Shown one piece after another: positions 56,379 to 64,000 of a DNA stretch of 64,000 nt; position 1 is the first letter of the stretch; each line of letters starts with the position of its first letter. The DNA is from Labilithrix sp. (lineage in GTDB: Bacteria; Myxococcota_A; Polyangia; Polyangiales; Polyangiaceae): NCBI GenBank assembly GCA_046351255.1, contig JAXLYU010000009.1:421975-485974 (forward strand), written 5' to 3'. The position numbers were made by a program, and so were the translations under genes. A model generated the notes under the pieces. It made no database searches. It was not told the DNA's origin and saw only the letters and a program-made list of their open reading frames with translations.

Positions 56379-57240
56379 CCGTCGGGCGAAGCTCGGCCTC
56401 GCGGTCGGACCCGGTGGCCCAGAGCCGTTCCCCGTCCGCGTGGCTCAGCCCGTCGATCTCGAACTGCGTCCGGAGCAGCTCGAGGAGGAGCGCCGGCGAC
56501 TCGATGGTGGTCGTCATGGCCTGCCCGCTCGCCTCGCGAATCGTGAATTCGCGATCGAGGATCGTGGCGCGGCGCCCTTCCGGAAGCGCCTTCGCCACCA
56601 TGAAGCGGTCCTTGAAGTGCGAGCTCGGATGCGTGCTCGTATACCAACTTGCGACGACGCGATCGATGAACGGCATCTCCTCGCCGGTGAACTCGTAGAC
56701 GTCGTTCCAGGTCTCTCCGTACTTGATCTGGTGAAAGCGGCGGCCGCCTTCCTCGATGAGGCGGCGCGGCTCGTGGAGCGTCGGCTGCTCCTCCGCGCCG
56801 ACGGCGCCGAAGCGAAGCGGCGAGGTCAGCGACGCGGCGCCGACGCCGACGTCCGCGAGCCAGTCCTCGCCGTCGAGCCTCACGCGCAGGAAGGTGTGCG
56901 TTCGCGCGGGCGTGAAGTCCCGCGGATGGCGGAGCCGAACGCGCGCGCTGAGGAGCGTCGCCTCGAATCCCAGCTCGCGAAGCACCTCGAGAAAGAGCCC
57001 GTTCTGCTCGAAGCAGTATCCGCCGCGCTTCCGGCGGACGAGCTTGTCGAAGAGCGCCTCCGGCTCGAGCTCGATGGGCCTTCCGAGGAGCACGTCGATG
57101 TTCTCGAACGGGATCCGCCCGACGTGTGCCGGCATCAGCGCCCGGAGCGCTTCGAGCGTCGGCGCGCGCGGGCCGGTGTAACCGTAGCCGACGCGCTCGA
57201 AGTAATGGTCGAGCTTGCTCCCTGCGGGCGTCGACGACAT
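56371..57240 (-). CDS. arylamine N-acetyltransferase (NAT) family
   Basis: Catalytic Cys in 'RGGYCFEQN', at 289 aa. Confidence 0.75.
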   Translation of the reverse strand: MSSTPAGSKLDHYFERVGYGYTGPRAPTLEALRALMPAHVGRIPFENIDVLLGRPIELEPEALFDKLVRRKRGGYCFEQNGLFLEVLRELGFEATLLSARVRLRHPRDFTPARTHTFLRVRLDGEDWLADVGVGAASLTSPLRFGAVGAEEQPTLHEPRRLIEEGGRRFHQIKYGETWNDVYEFTGEEMPFIDRVVASWYTSTHPSSHFKDRFMVAKALPEGRRATILDREFTIREASGQAMTTTIESPALLLELLRTQFEIDGLSHADGERLWATGSDREAELRPTAT

Positions 57241-57288
57241 GTCCGCCCGAGCTTGCCACGACGCGGGGCCGCGCGCTTTCATTCTGGC

Positions 57289-57813
57289 ATGTCTTCGCGT
57301 GTGCTGCCCGACCGCGCGGTCATTCGCACGGCGCGCTGGGGCGATAAACCGTTCCTCGAGGCGCTCAGCGTCGAGGTCTTTTCGCGCTACACGAGGGAGC
57401 CGCTCCGCCTGCTCGAGCGTATGCGTGAGCACGGCACCACGCTCATCGCCGAGCACCCGCTGGCGGGCAAGCCGGTCCCGCTCGGCTATGTCGTCATCGA
57501 GGTCTCGGGCCGTCACGCGGCGACCCCCCACTTCCGCGAGCCGCGTCTGGCGCATCTCTCCGCGATCGCGGTGAAGCCCGAAGCGATGGGCTGCGGCCTC
57601 GGCCGTCAGCTCCTCGAAGCCGCGGAAGACGCCGCGCGCGAGCAGGGCGCGATCTCGATGTCCCTCCTCACGGCGAGCACCAACGTCATCGCCCAGTCGC
57701 TCTTTCGCAGCGCGGGCTATTCGCCGATCCTCCCGGTCGACGACGCCTACCGCAACGAGCAAGACGCGATCCGCATGCTGAAGTCGCTCACGCTGACGCC
57801 AGCGCGCGGCTGA
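57289..57813 (+). CDS. GNAT family N-acetyltransferase
   Basis: 'LSAIAVKPEAMGCGLGRQLLEAAE' is an acetyl-CoA-binding motif A-like segment. Only the last 175 codons of ORF 56263..57813 are coding. Confidence 0.65.
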   Translation: MSSRVLPDRAVIRTARWGDKPFLEALSVEVFSRYTREPLRLLERMREHGTTLIAEHPLAGKPVPLGYVVIEVSGRHAATPHFREPRLAHLSAIAVKPEAMGCGLGRQLLEAAEDAAREQGAISMSLLTASTNVIAQSLFRSAGYSPILPVDDAYRNEQDAIRMLKSLTLTPARG

Positions 57814-57819
57814 ATCACG

Positions 57820-58086
57820 CTCGGCGCTCGCCGCGGTTTCCGGCGCGAAGCCAGACATCTGTGCCCTTGCCGATCGAAGCACCTCAAGGTGCTCGAACGC
57901 GCCGGCCTGATTTCCCGCGGACGGGACGCCCAGACGCGTCCATGTCGTCTCGAGGGAGCTCGCCTCAAGGAGGCCACGCTCTGGATGGAGCGATGGCGCG
58001 CGCATTGGGACGAGAGCTTCGACCGCCTCGACGATCTACTGGTCGAGCTCAAAGCAAAGGAGAAATCTCGTGGTCATGACAAATGA
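57820..58086 (+). pseudogene. ArsR/SmtB-family regulator remnant lacking the N-terminal HTH
   Basis: 'SKHLKVLERAGLISRGRDAQ' is the ArsR recognition-helix/wing motif. The open frame begins immediately after the GNAT stop with no room for the HTH N-terminus, and the only in-frame start lies inside the motif. Confidence 0.5.
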
Positions 58087-58540
58087 GGTTACGGGCAAGC
58101 CAGATCTCCGCATGTCGCGCACGTTCGATGCGCCGCTCGACCTGGTATGGGAAGCGTGGAGCAATGCCGAATACCTCGCACGGTGGTTCACGCCGCGACC
58201 TGGAAAGTCGGAGGACGTCGTCGTCGAGCTACGCACCGGGGGAATCTTCCTCCTGACCATGCGCTTTCCGGTCGAGACCGGAATCGGCGCTCACACCATG
58301 CGCGCGAAGTTCGCCGAGGTCATCCTGCACGGACGCATCTCCTTCGACACGAAGGTCCACGGCCTCGATGTTCATACGACGATCGATTTCTCGGAAGCCG
58401 ACGGCAAGACGACGCTCGACGTTCTCCAGCAATACTCCGGCGACAACGACGCGACCCGTGGCGCGCAGGCCGGCTGGACCTCCACGCTCGACAACCTCGC
58501 GGACGTCGTGAGGTCGATGAAGGCGACGAAGGCGTCCTGA
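58070..58540 (+). CDS. SRPBCC (Aha1/AHSA1-like) domain protein
   Basis: 'SRTFDAPLDLVWEAWSNAEYLARWF' is typical of the Aha1-like SRPBCC family that commonly follows ArsR genes. Confidence 0.7.
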   Translation: MVMTNEVTGKPDLRMSRTFDAPLDLVWEAWSNAEYLARWFTPRPGKSEDVVVELRTGGIFLLTMRFPVETGIGAHTMRAKFAEVILHGRISFDTKVHGLDVHTTIDFSEADGKTTLDVLQQYSGDNDATRGAQAGWTSTLDNLADVVRSMKATKAS

Positions 58541-58573
58541 GCCCGAGCCTGAGCCCGAGCTCGACGGCGATCG

Positions 58574-58894
58574 CTAGACGCCCTCGAGCACGTCGAGGCC
58601 CTTGCCGCCGACTGGCGTGAAGCGCGTCCCGTCGGGGGCTCCCGCCAGGAGCGGCATGGTCTCTTTGATGAGATCGCGGACGCCAGGCATCGACAGCGAC
58701 GCGCCATGCGCGACCTCGTCGCGCCAGAGCTCCGTGATCCAGACGTCATCGGGGTCCGTGGGTGACGTGCTCACCACGTAGAGCAAACAGCCCGGCACGC
58801 CGCGCATCAGCTCCGCTGCGCGCAGCATCTGCTGCACGAGGGCGTCGCGCTTGCCAGGCATTGCCATCATCTTGCCGAACATGCCGAAGAGCAT
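58574..58894 (-). CDS. ABM (antibiotic biosynthesis monooxygenase)-fold protein
   Basis: 106 aa, with 'VWITELWRDEVAHGAS' typical of ABM/quinol-monooxygenase-like proteins. Confidence 0.5.
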   Translation of the reverse strand: MLFGMFGKMMAMPGKRDALVQQMLRAAELMRGVPGCLLYVVSTSPTDPDDVWITELWRDEVAHGASLSMPGVRDLIKETMPLLAGAPDGTRFTPVGGKGLDVLEGV

Positions 58895-58917
58895 GCCCGA
58901 CGTTCTATCATCTCGGG

Positions 58918-59409
58918 CTACTGCCGCGCGATGGTTGCGACGACGGTCGCGCGCCGTGCGTTCACGATCGCGAGGAAGCGTTGCGCCTCCGTGCCGACGA
59001 GCCCCACGAGATCCGAGCCGTGCGCATGCGTGACCCGTACCGCACGCGGTTGCTCCGGCAGCCCGTTGGCCGGCGAGGCGGAATGGATCGCGAGGTCCGT
59101 GATCGCCGCGTGTGGAATGGATACGCGCCGCCAGAGCCAGCGGAGATGAATGCCCTCCGCGTCGACCCAAACCTGCGTGGGAACCAGCGCAGCTGCGACC
59201 GCGACCGCGGAGACGGCGCAGACGAGCGCGCCGCCGAGCTGGATCATCAGCCCTTCGGCCGCGCTGACCGGCACGCCGTTCCGACCCATCTGCCGACCGG
59301 TGAGCGCGAAGGCGAAGCCGAGGAGGCACGGGATCCCCATGAACCAGGCGAACGTGCTCGGCGCGACGAGCGGCGACGAGGCGCGAAACGAGTCTCCTTC
59401 GCCCGTCAT
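58918..59409 (-). CDS. membrane protein, hypothetical
   Basis: Two TM helices at 163 aa. It lies immediately downstream of the sigma54 regulator gene. Confidence 0.45.
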   Translation of the reverse strand: MTGEGDSFRASSPLVAPSTFAWFMGIPCLLGFAFALTGRQMGRNGVPVSAAEGLMIQLGGALVCAVSAVAVAAALVPTQVWVDAEGIHLRWLWRRVSIPHAAITDLAIHSASPANGLPEQPRAVRVTHAHGSDLVGLVGTEAQRFLAIVNARRATVVATIARQ

Positions 59410-59426
59410 GTCGAACAGCCCACGCG

Positions 59427-60842
59427 CTACGCGCTCTCGGGCGGCTCGTCGGAGTCCGCGCGGCGCGTCTTCGAGGGGCGCATCCCGTAGTCCTTGAGGC
59501 GTTGATAGAGCGTGCTCCTCGGAATGCCGAGCCGGCGGGCGGCCGCCTCCACGCGGCCGTGCTCGGCCTCCAGCGCGTTCTGGATGTGCTCGCGTTCGAG
59601 CTCCGACAGCGTGCGGGTCGATGCGGCGGGCATGTTCGCCGAGACGGGCGTCTTCACGGCCGGGAGGCTCGTGAACGACGGCGAGTCGAATTTCAGGTCG
59701 GGCGCGCGCACGGCGTCACCGCTCTTCAGCAAGAGCGAGCGCTCGAGCACGTTCTTCAGCTCTCGCAGGTTGCCGGGCCAGTCGTGCGCGAGGAGGACCT
59801 CCCGTGCGTCGGCCCCGATCTGGACATCGGCGCTGGTCATGGACGCGAGCAGGTGCTCGGCGAGCGGAAGGATGTCTTCGCGCCGCTCGCGAAGGGAAGG
59901 GAGCGTGATGGAGATGGTGCTGACGCGATAATAGAGATCGGCGCGAAAGCGACCCCGGCCACAGGCGGCGAGCAGATCGTGGTGAGTGGCCGCGACGAGC
60001 CGCACGTCGACCGAGCGCTCTCGCACGTCACCCATCGGCCGGAAGCGCTTCTCCTCCAGCACCTTGAGGAGCTTCGGCTGGACCTGCAGGTCGATGTCGC
60101 CGATCTCGTCGAGGAAGAGCGTGCCTCCGTCGGCGGCGTCGAGGAGGCCGCGCTTCGTGGCGTGCGCGCCCGTGAACGCGCCGCGCTCGTGACCGAAGAG
60201 CTCCGTCTCCACGAACTCGCGGGTGAGCCCGGCGCAGTTGACCTCGACGAGGGGGCCACGCTTGCGTGCGCCGATCTCGTGAATGCGTCGCGCGAGGAGG
60301 CTCTTGCCGGTGCCCGTCTCGCCGAGGAGGAGGACGGTGCAGTCGGCGTCGCGGAGCTTCTCGATCTGCTCCTCGACCCGCAGCATCGCGGCGGAGCGCG
60401 GGACGAACGAGCGGCCGAACAGCTTGCGCTGAGGCCCGGTGCGTGAGCGTTCGCGCCGGGCGAGCGCGCTGCGTACGCCGTGCGCGAGCACCTGCATGTC
60501 GATCGGCTTGGTGAGGAAGTTCTCGGCGCCCTCCTTCACGGCGCGGACCGCGAGATCGATCGAGCCGTAGCCCGTCACGACGAAGACCGGCACCTGCGCG
60601 TCGATGGAGTGGATGCGCGCGAGCACGTCGAGGCCGTCGCCGTCCGGAAGGCGAAGATCGGTGATCACGACGTCGGGACGTGCGGTCGCAAATTGTCGCG
60701 CCGCGCTCTCACACGACTCCGCCTCTACGACGCGGAAGCCGAGTCGACGAAGCTGCGCGACGAAACCGAAGCGCACTGCCTCGTCATCGTCCACGACCAT
60801 CAACGCTGGGCCGTCACTCGCCTCGCGCTTCGTAGCCATCAT
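59427..60842 (-). CDS. sigma54-dependent two-component response regulator (NtrC family)
   Basis: REC domain (D in '[12 protein letters not shown]'), AAA+ motifs '[15 protein letters not shown]' and 'GAFTGA', and a C-terminal Fis-type HTH. Confidence 0.9.
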   Translation of the reverse strand: MMATKREASDGPALMVVDDDEAVRFGFVAQLRRLGFRVVEAESCESAARQFATARPDVVITDLRLPDGDGLDVLARIHSIDAQVPVFVVTGYGSIDLAVRAVKEGAENFLTKPIDMQVLAHGVRSALARRERSRTGPQRKLFGRSFVPRSAAMLRVEEQIEKLRDADCTVLLLGETGTGKSLLARRIHEIGARKRGPLVEVNCAGLTREFVETELFGHERGAFTGAHATKRGLLDAADGGTLFLDEIGDIDLQVQPKLLKVLEEKRFRPMGDVRERSVDVRLVAATHHDLLAACGRGRFRADLYYRVSTISITLPSLRERREDILPLAEHLLASMTSADVQIGADAREVLLAHDWPGNLRELKNVLERSLLLKSGDAVRAPDLKFDSPSFTSLPAVKTPVSANMPAASTRTLSELEREHIQNALEAEHGRVEAAARRLGIPRSTLYQRLKDYGMRPSKTRRADSDEPPESA

Positions 60843-60869
60843 GAGGAACCGTCATGATAGGGAAACGTT

Positions 60870-61964
60870 TCACGAGCGAAAGGGTGCGTGATGCAGATCG
60901 TCGCGAGTCTCTCCGGACGGATCGACGGGAAGGACGATGGTGAAAGCCGTCCTCCCACCAGGGTTGGATTCGACCTCGAGGCGCGCGCCGTTCTCGTTGA
61001 CGATCTGCTGTGCAATGGATAGTCCAAGCCCCGTTCCGGATGGCTTCGTCGTGAAGAACGGATCGAAGATGCGACTCAGATTCGCTGCTGAAATTCCCGG
61101 TCCGTCGTCGATGACCTCGAAGCGGATAGTGGGATGAGCGCGATCGGACGTGCCGGGTGCGACGCCGGCCGTCGATGTGTTTTTGCGAACGCGCAAGAGT
61201 ACCCGCGACGGTGTGCCGCCCGTCGCGTCGAGCGCATTGTTGAGGAGGATGACGAGCGCCTGCGCGATCTGCCGATCGTCCACGTTCACGTCCGGCAGTC
61301 CCGCCTCCGCTTCCACGGGAATGTCCGTGTGCGCGCGGAGGCGAGCGCGCAGCTCCGAGAGCGCGGAGGCGGTGATGGCGGTGGGTCGTCGTGGACTTCG
61401 CTTCGGCGCGGCGGGGCGTCCAAACTGGAGGGACGTGCGCACGAGGCGCTCGATCCGCTCCACCATCTGCAGCATCAGCCCGACGTGGGGGAGCGAGATC
61501 CCCTCGTCGCGGAGCTCTTCGCAGAGCGATCGCAACGCTGCGACCGGATTGCGGACCTCGTGTGCGAAGCCGGCGACCATGGTGCCCATCGCGGCGAGCC
61601 GCTCGAAGCGCTGGCGCTCTGCATCGAAGCGCTCCTCGTCGGCGCGCCGACCGCGCGCCCGTCCGAGCTCGAGGAAGATCGCGAGCCTCCGCTCCAGCGC
61701 AGCCGCGCTCGTGATGCCCAGCACGAAGGTGTCGTTCGCGCGAAGGAGTGAGATGGTGGACTCGGGAATGGCGAGGTCCGAGATCAAGAGCAGCGGCACG
61801 TCGCCGAGGTGCGCACGAACGACCGAGAAATCCGCCACCGCCGCCGCGCGGAGGTCGAAGACCGCGGCCACGAACTCCACGTTTGGGATGGGGTCGCGTG
61901 GGCCCATGCGTGCGGTCGGAATCCCGACCGGCGTGATGGGAAGCTCACCGACCACCAGGATCAT
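60870..61964 (-). CDS. cytoplasmic sensor histidine kinase
   Basis: H-box 'FAHEVRNPVAAL', N-box 'LLNNALDA', G-boxes 'DDGPGI'/'GTGLGL'. There are no TM segments. ATGA overlap with the upstream GTPase stop. Confidence 0.85.
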   Translation of the reverse strand: MILVVGELPITPVGIPTARMGPRDPIPNVEFVAAVFDLRAAAVADFSVVRAHLGDVPLLLISDLAIPESTISLLRANDTFVLGITSAAALERRLAIFLELGRARGRRADEERFDAERQRFERLAAMGTMVAGFAHEVRNPVAALRSLCEELRDEGISLPHVGLMLQMVERIERLVRTSLQFGRPAAPKRSPRRPTAITASALSELRARLRAHTDIPVEAEAGLPDVNVDDRQIAQALVILLNNALDATGGTPSRVLLRVRKNTSTAGVAPGTSDRAHPTIRFEVIDDGPGISAANLSRIFDPFFTTKPSGTGLGLSIAQQIVNENGARLEVESNPGGRTAFTIVLPVDPSGETRDDLHHAPFRS

Positions 61965-63421
61965 GCGGGCCTCGCCTGCAGGAGCGCGCGACGCTCGTCC
62001 GACGTGAGCTTCCGCGCGAGCTCGAGCTCGAGGACGGCGTAGAACGCGGCCGGGTCCGGCACCGCCGCTACCGCGCGCGCGAGCCCGGCCTCGACCGCCG
62101 CCGCCGTCGGCGCCTCGAAGACGAGCTCGCCGAGATAGCGCGGTCGTCCCGACTGGAGCCCGAACGACGCGGGGCCCAGGTCCAGGGTGACGCCGTGGCG
62201 CAGCGCGACGGTGAGCGTCTCTGCGATCGCCCCCGCATATGCCGCGACCGAGGAGATGGGCGGCATGTCTGGATGGACGGTCCAGATCCAGCAAGTGCCC
62301 TCGTCGGTCTGCTGCGCGACGAGCACCGTCTCCGGGACCAGGAGCTCTCCGATCTGCGCGTACGCGCGCGCGGTCCGCACGAGCGCCTGCCGCGCCGCCT
62401 CCGCGTCGGCGAACGACATCCGCCGGGACGTGCGCACGACGTGCCCGATGGCGGCGTGACGCAGGACGCCGTCCGCCGCGAAGTCCGCAGGGCTCCGCGC
62501 CGGCAGGTCGAGCGCTCGCAGCACGGCGCGCCCGGTGTGGGCGGGCCAGATGAAGCCGGTGGGGACGGACGGGGAGGGCAGGTGAGGCGCGAGCGCGCGC
62601 ACGTGAACGGCAGAGACCGGGGCCGCGATTCGCTCGATCCGTCCGTGGATTTCCTGCGCCGCAGCGACCGCTGCGACCCGCAGCGTCTCGTCGGACTCGA
62701 CCGTCGTCTGCGCCTCCTCGAAGAGCAGCGCGGCCTGCGCCTCCTCGAGGAGCATCTCCGCCGCCCACTCTGGATCGAGGGTCTCCTGGCCGAGGCGCGC
62801 GAGCAGCTCGCCGGCGCTCTCCGCGCGGCGAACCGGGATGGGCGGCGGCGTGAGCTCCAGATCTCGGACCACGTTGCGGATGGATTGCACGAACGTATCG
62901 ACGACGCCGATCCCGTCGCTCGCGATCGCCTCCACCACCGTCGCGCCCTCCCGGCCGAGCGCCTCCGCGACGGCGCGCCCGTCCAGCGAGCCTCGGCGAT
63001 CCTGCTTGTTCGCTTGCAGCACGATGGGCAGCGGACGTCCGAGCTCCTTCGCGATCTCCTCATAGAGCTCGAGGCCGGCGCGTGCGCGCTCGATGCCCTC
63101 GGGATCGCTCTCGCAGACGAAGACGACCGCATCGGCGGTGGCGAGGAGGTGCCGGCGCCGCGGGCGAAGCGCCCCCTGACCCGGCACGCTGAGGACGTGC
63201 GACAGGAGCGGTATTCCGCGGGCGACCCCGGCATGAATCGGGAGCCAGTCGAAATACATCGTCCGCCCGCGGAGCTCGGCGGGAGTGACCACCTGCCGAT
63301 GGCGCTGCGCGGCAAAGAGGATGCATAGCTGCCGGAGATTCGTGGTCTTTCCGGCCATCGCCACGCCGTCGTAGACGACGCGCAACACGAGGCGTTGCTC
63401 TATGGGATCGAAGACCGGCAT
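61961..63421 (-). CDS. MglA-family small GTPase with ~295-aa C-terminal extension
   Basis: Colinear with MglA motifs: 'VVYDGVAMAGKTTNL' (P-loop), 'GRTMYFDWLP' (intrinsic Arg), 'SVPGQ' (catalytic Gln), 'VLQANKQD' (NKxD), 'ASDGIGVVDT'. Followed by an uncharacterized Ala/Leu-rich C-terminal domain. Confidence 0.8.
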   Translation of the reverse strand: MPVFDPIEQRLVLRVVYDGVAMAGKTTNLRQLCILFAAQRHRQVVTPAELRGRTMYFDWLPIHAGVARGIPLLSHVLSVPGQGALRPRRRHLLATADAVVFVCESDPEGIERARAGLELYEEIAKELGRPLPIVLQANKQDRRGSLDGRAVAEALGREGATVVEAIASDGIGVVDTFVQSIRNVVRDLELTPPPIPVRRAESAGELLARLGQETLDPEWAAEMLLEEAQAALLFEEAQTTVESDETLRVAAVAAAQEIHGRIERIAAPVSAVHVRALAPHLPSPSVPTGFIWPAHTGRAVLRALDLPARSPADFAADGVLRHAAIGHVVRTSRRMSFADAEAARQALVRTARAYAQIGELLVPETVLVAQQTDEGTCWIWTVHPDMPPISSVAAYAGAIAETLTVALRHGVTLDLGPASFGLQSGRPRYLGELVFEAPTAAAVEAGLARAVAAVPDPAAFYAVLELELARKLTSDERRALLQARPA

Positions 63422-63426
63422 TCTCC

Positions 63427-63897
63427 CTACTCGTTCCGAAGGCGCTCTCGCGCGCGGCGATTGAGGATCAGCGCTGGACCATGCTCTCCGGTCTCGCCGA
63501 CGACGATCGCGTTCCCGTGCCAGAAGGTGACCATCGACGATGCTCCTCGCTTCACGGCGAGGACCGCCGAAGGGTCGTTGAAGGTGGAGACGACGTCGAG
63601 CGCCGACGCCGCCCACTGGCCAATACGGAGGAGCCGCTTCGAATGCGATATTCGACTGCCGAATACCGCGATTGGCTCCGGAAAGGCGCATTCGCCGGTG
63701 CGGACGAAGGCGGCACCCCAGCCGCTGTCGAACGACGCCTCGAGCACCGGGCCCACCTCCGTGAGCACGGTGCGGTGTCGCTCGCCGCCCGCGTAGGCGA
63801 GGAGCTCCGCCGTCGTGAACGTGAACGTGGGGCTATATCCTTTCCCGGGGCGCGGAGACCACGTGGCGTAGGCCGGGGACGCGCACAGGCGGCTCAC
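63427..63897 (-). CDS. roadblock/LC7-like (MglB-like) protein
   Basis: 156 aa, 5 nt upstream of the MglA-like gene. The C-terminus 'SMVTFWHGNAIVVGETGEHGPALILNRRAR' resembles the MglB/roadblock beta-strand-helix end. Confidence 0.4.
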   Translation of the reverse strand: MSRLCASPAYATWSPRPGKGYSPTFTFTTAELLAYAGGERHRTVLTEVGPVLEASFDSGWGAAFVRTGECAFPEPIAVFGSRISHSKRLLRIGQWAASALDVVSTFNDPSAVLAVKRGASSMVTFWHGNAIVVGETGEHGPALILNRRARERLRNE

Positions 63898-64000
63898 GCT
63901 CTCGACCGTGTGCTGAAGGAGCGCGCTGCGAAGATCCTCCGCTCGGAGAACGCCGACTCGAATCAGATGCTCTCCGAGCGGGGTTCGCTCGGCCTTGCAG

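Noticed and set aside
60870-62768. 632-aa ORF for the histidine kinase
   Set aside because: The portion upstream of 61964 overlaps the MglA-like gene on the same strand in another frame. The kinase start was set at the ATG that overlaps the GTPase stop.
1-64000. tRNA, rRNA or other ncRNA genes, transposases, integrases, phage genes
   Set aside because: None recognised. The intergenic regions are short, and the longer ones (7941..8057, 18221..18564, 50658..50917, 52286..52432) show no cloverleaf-like or IS-terminal features by eye.

Overview
This is a ~70% GC chromosomal segment with about 60 protein-coding genes and no detectable rRNA, tRNA, CRISPR or transposase/integrase genes. The domain content points to a myxobacterium (Myxococcota): Myxococcus-type cysteine-rich repeats with a fibro-slime/PA14-like core, an AgmX/PglI C-terminal domain, an MglA-family GTPase, an FHA protein with the TIGR02996-type 'RxVYADxLEExG' motif, and many lipoproteins. 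Housekeeping and ordinary genes include mqo, katE (catalase HPII), a second-type (spd/mitochondrial-like) EF-G, selO/ydiU, M28 and M1 peptidases, an MFS transporter, a fatty-acid desaturase, an MDR oxidoreductase, an allantoate-amidohydrolase-like M20 enzyme, and a TetR unit with an obvious operator palindrome. The most system-like novelty is a 4-gene minus-strand operon at 59427..63897: a roadblock/MglB-like protein, an MglA-like GTPase with a ~295-aa C-terminal extension, a histidine kinase, and a sigma54-dependent response regulator, with overlapping start/stop codons between adjacent genes. Other notable items are a B12-binding radical SAM protein with an unusual Cx4Cx2C motif beside an ETHE1-rhodanese fusion, and a TLC(ATP/ADP-translocase-like)-HEAT fusion coupled to a dual cNMP-binding protein. 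The fusA ORF contains a cluster of compensating frameshifts, probably a sequence-quality artefact. A nitronate monooxygenase carries an internal frameshift/deletion, an ArsR remnant lacks its HTH, and two beta-helix lipoproteins are paralogous. Most long antisense ORFs in the track are high-GC shadows and are rejected.
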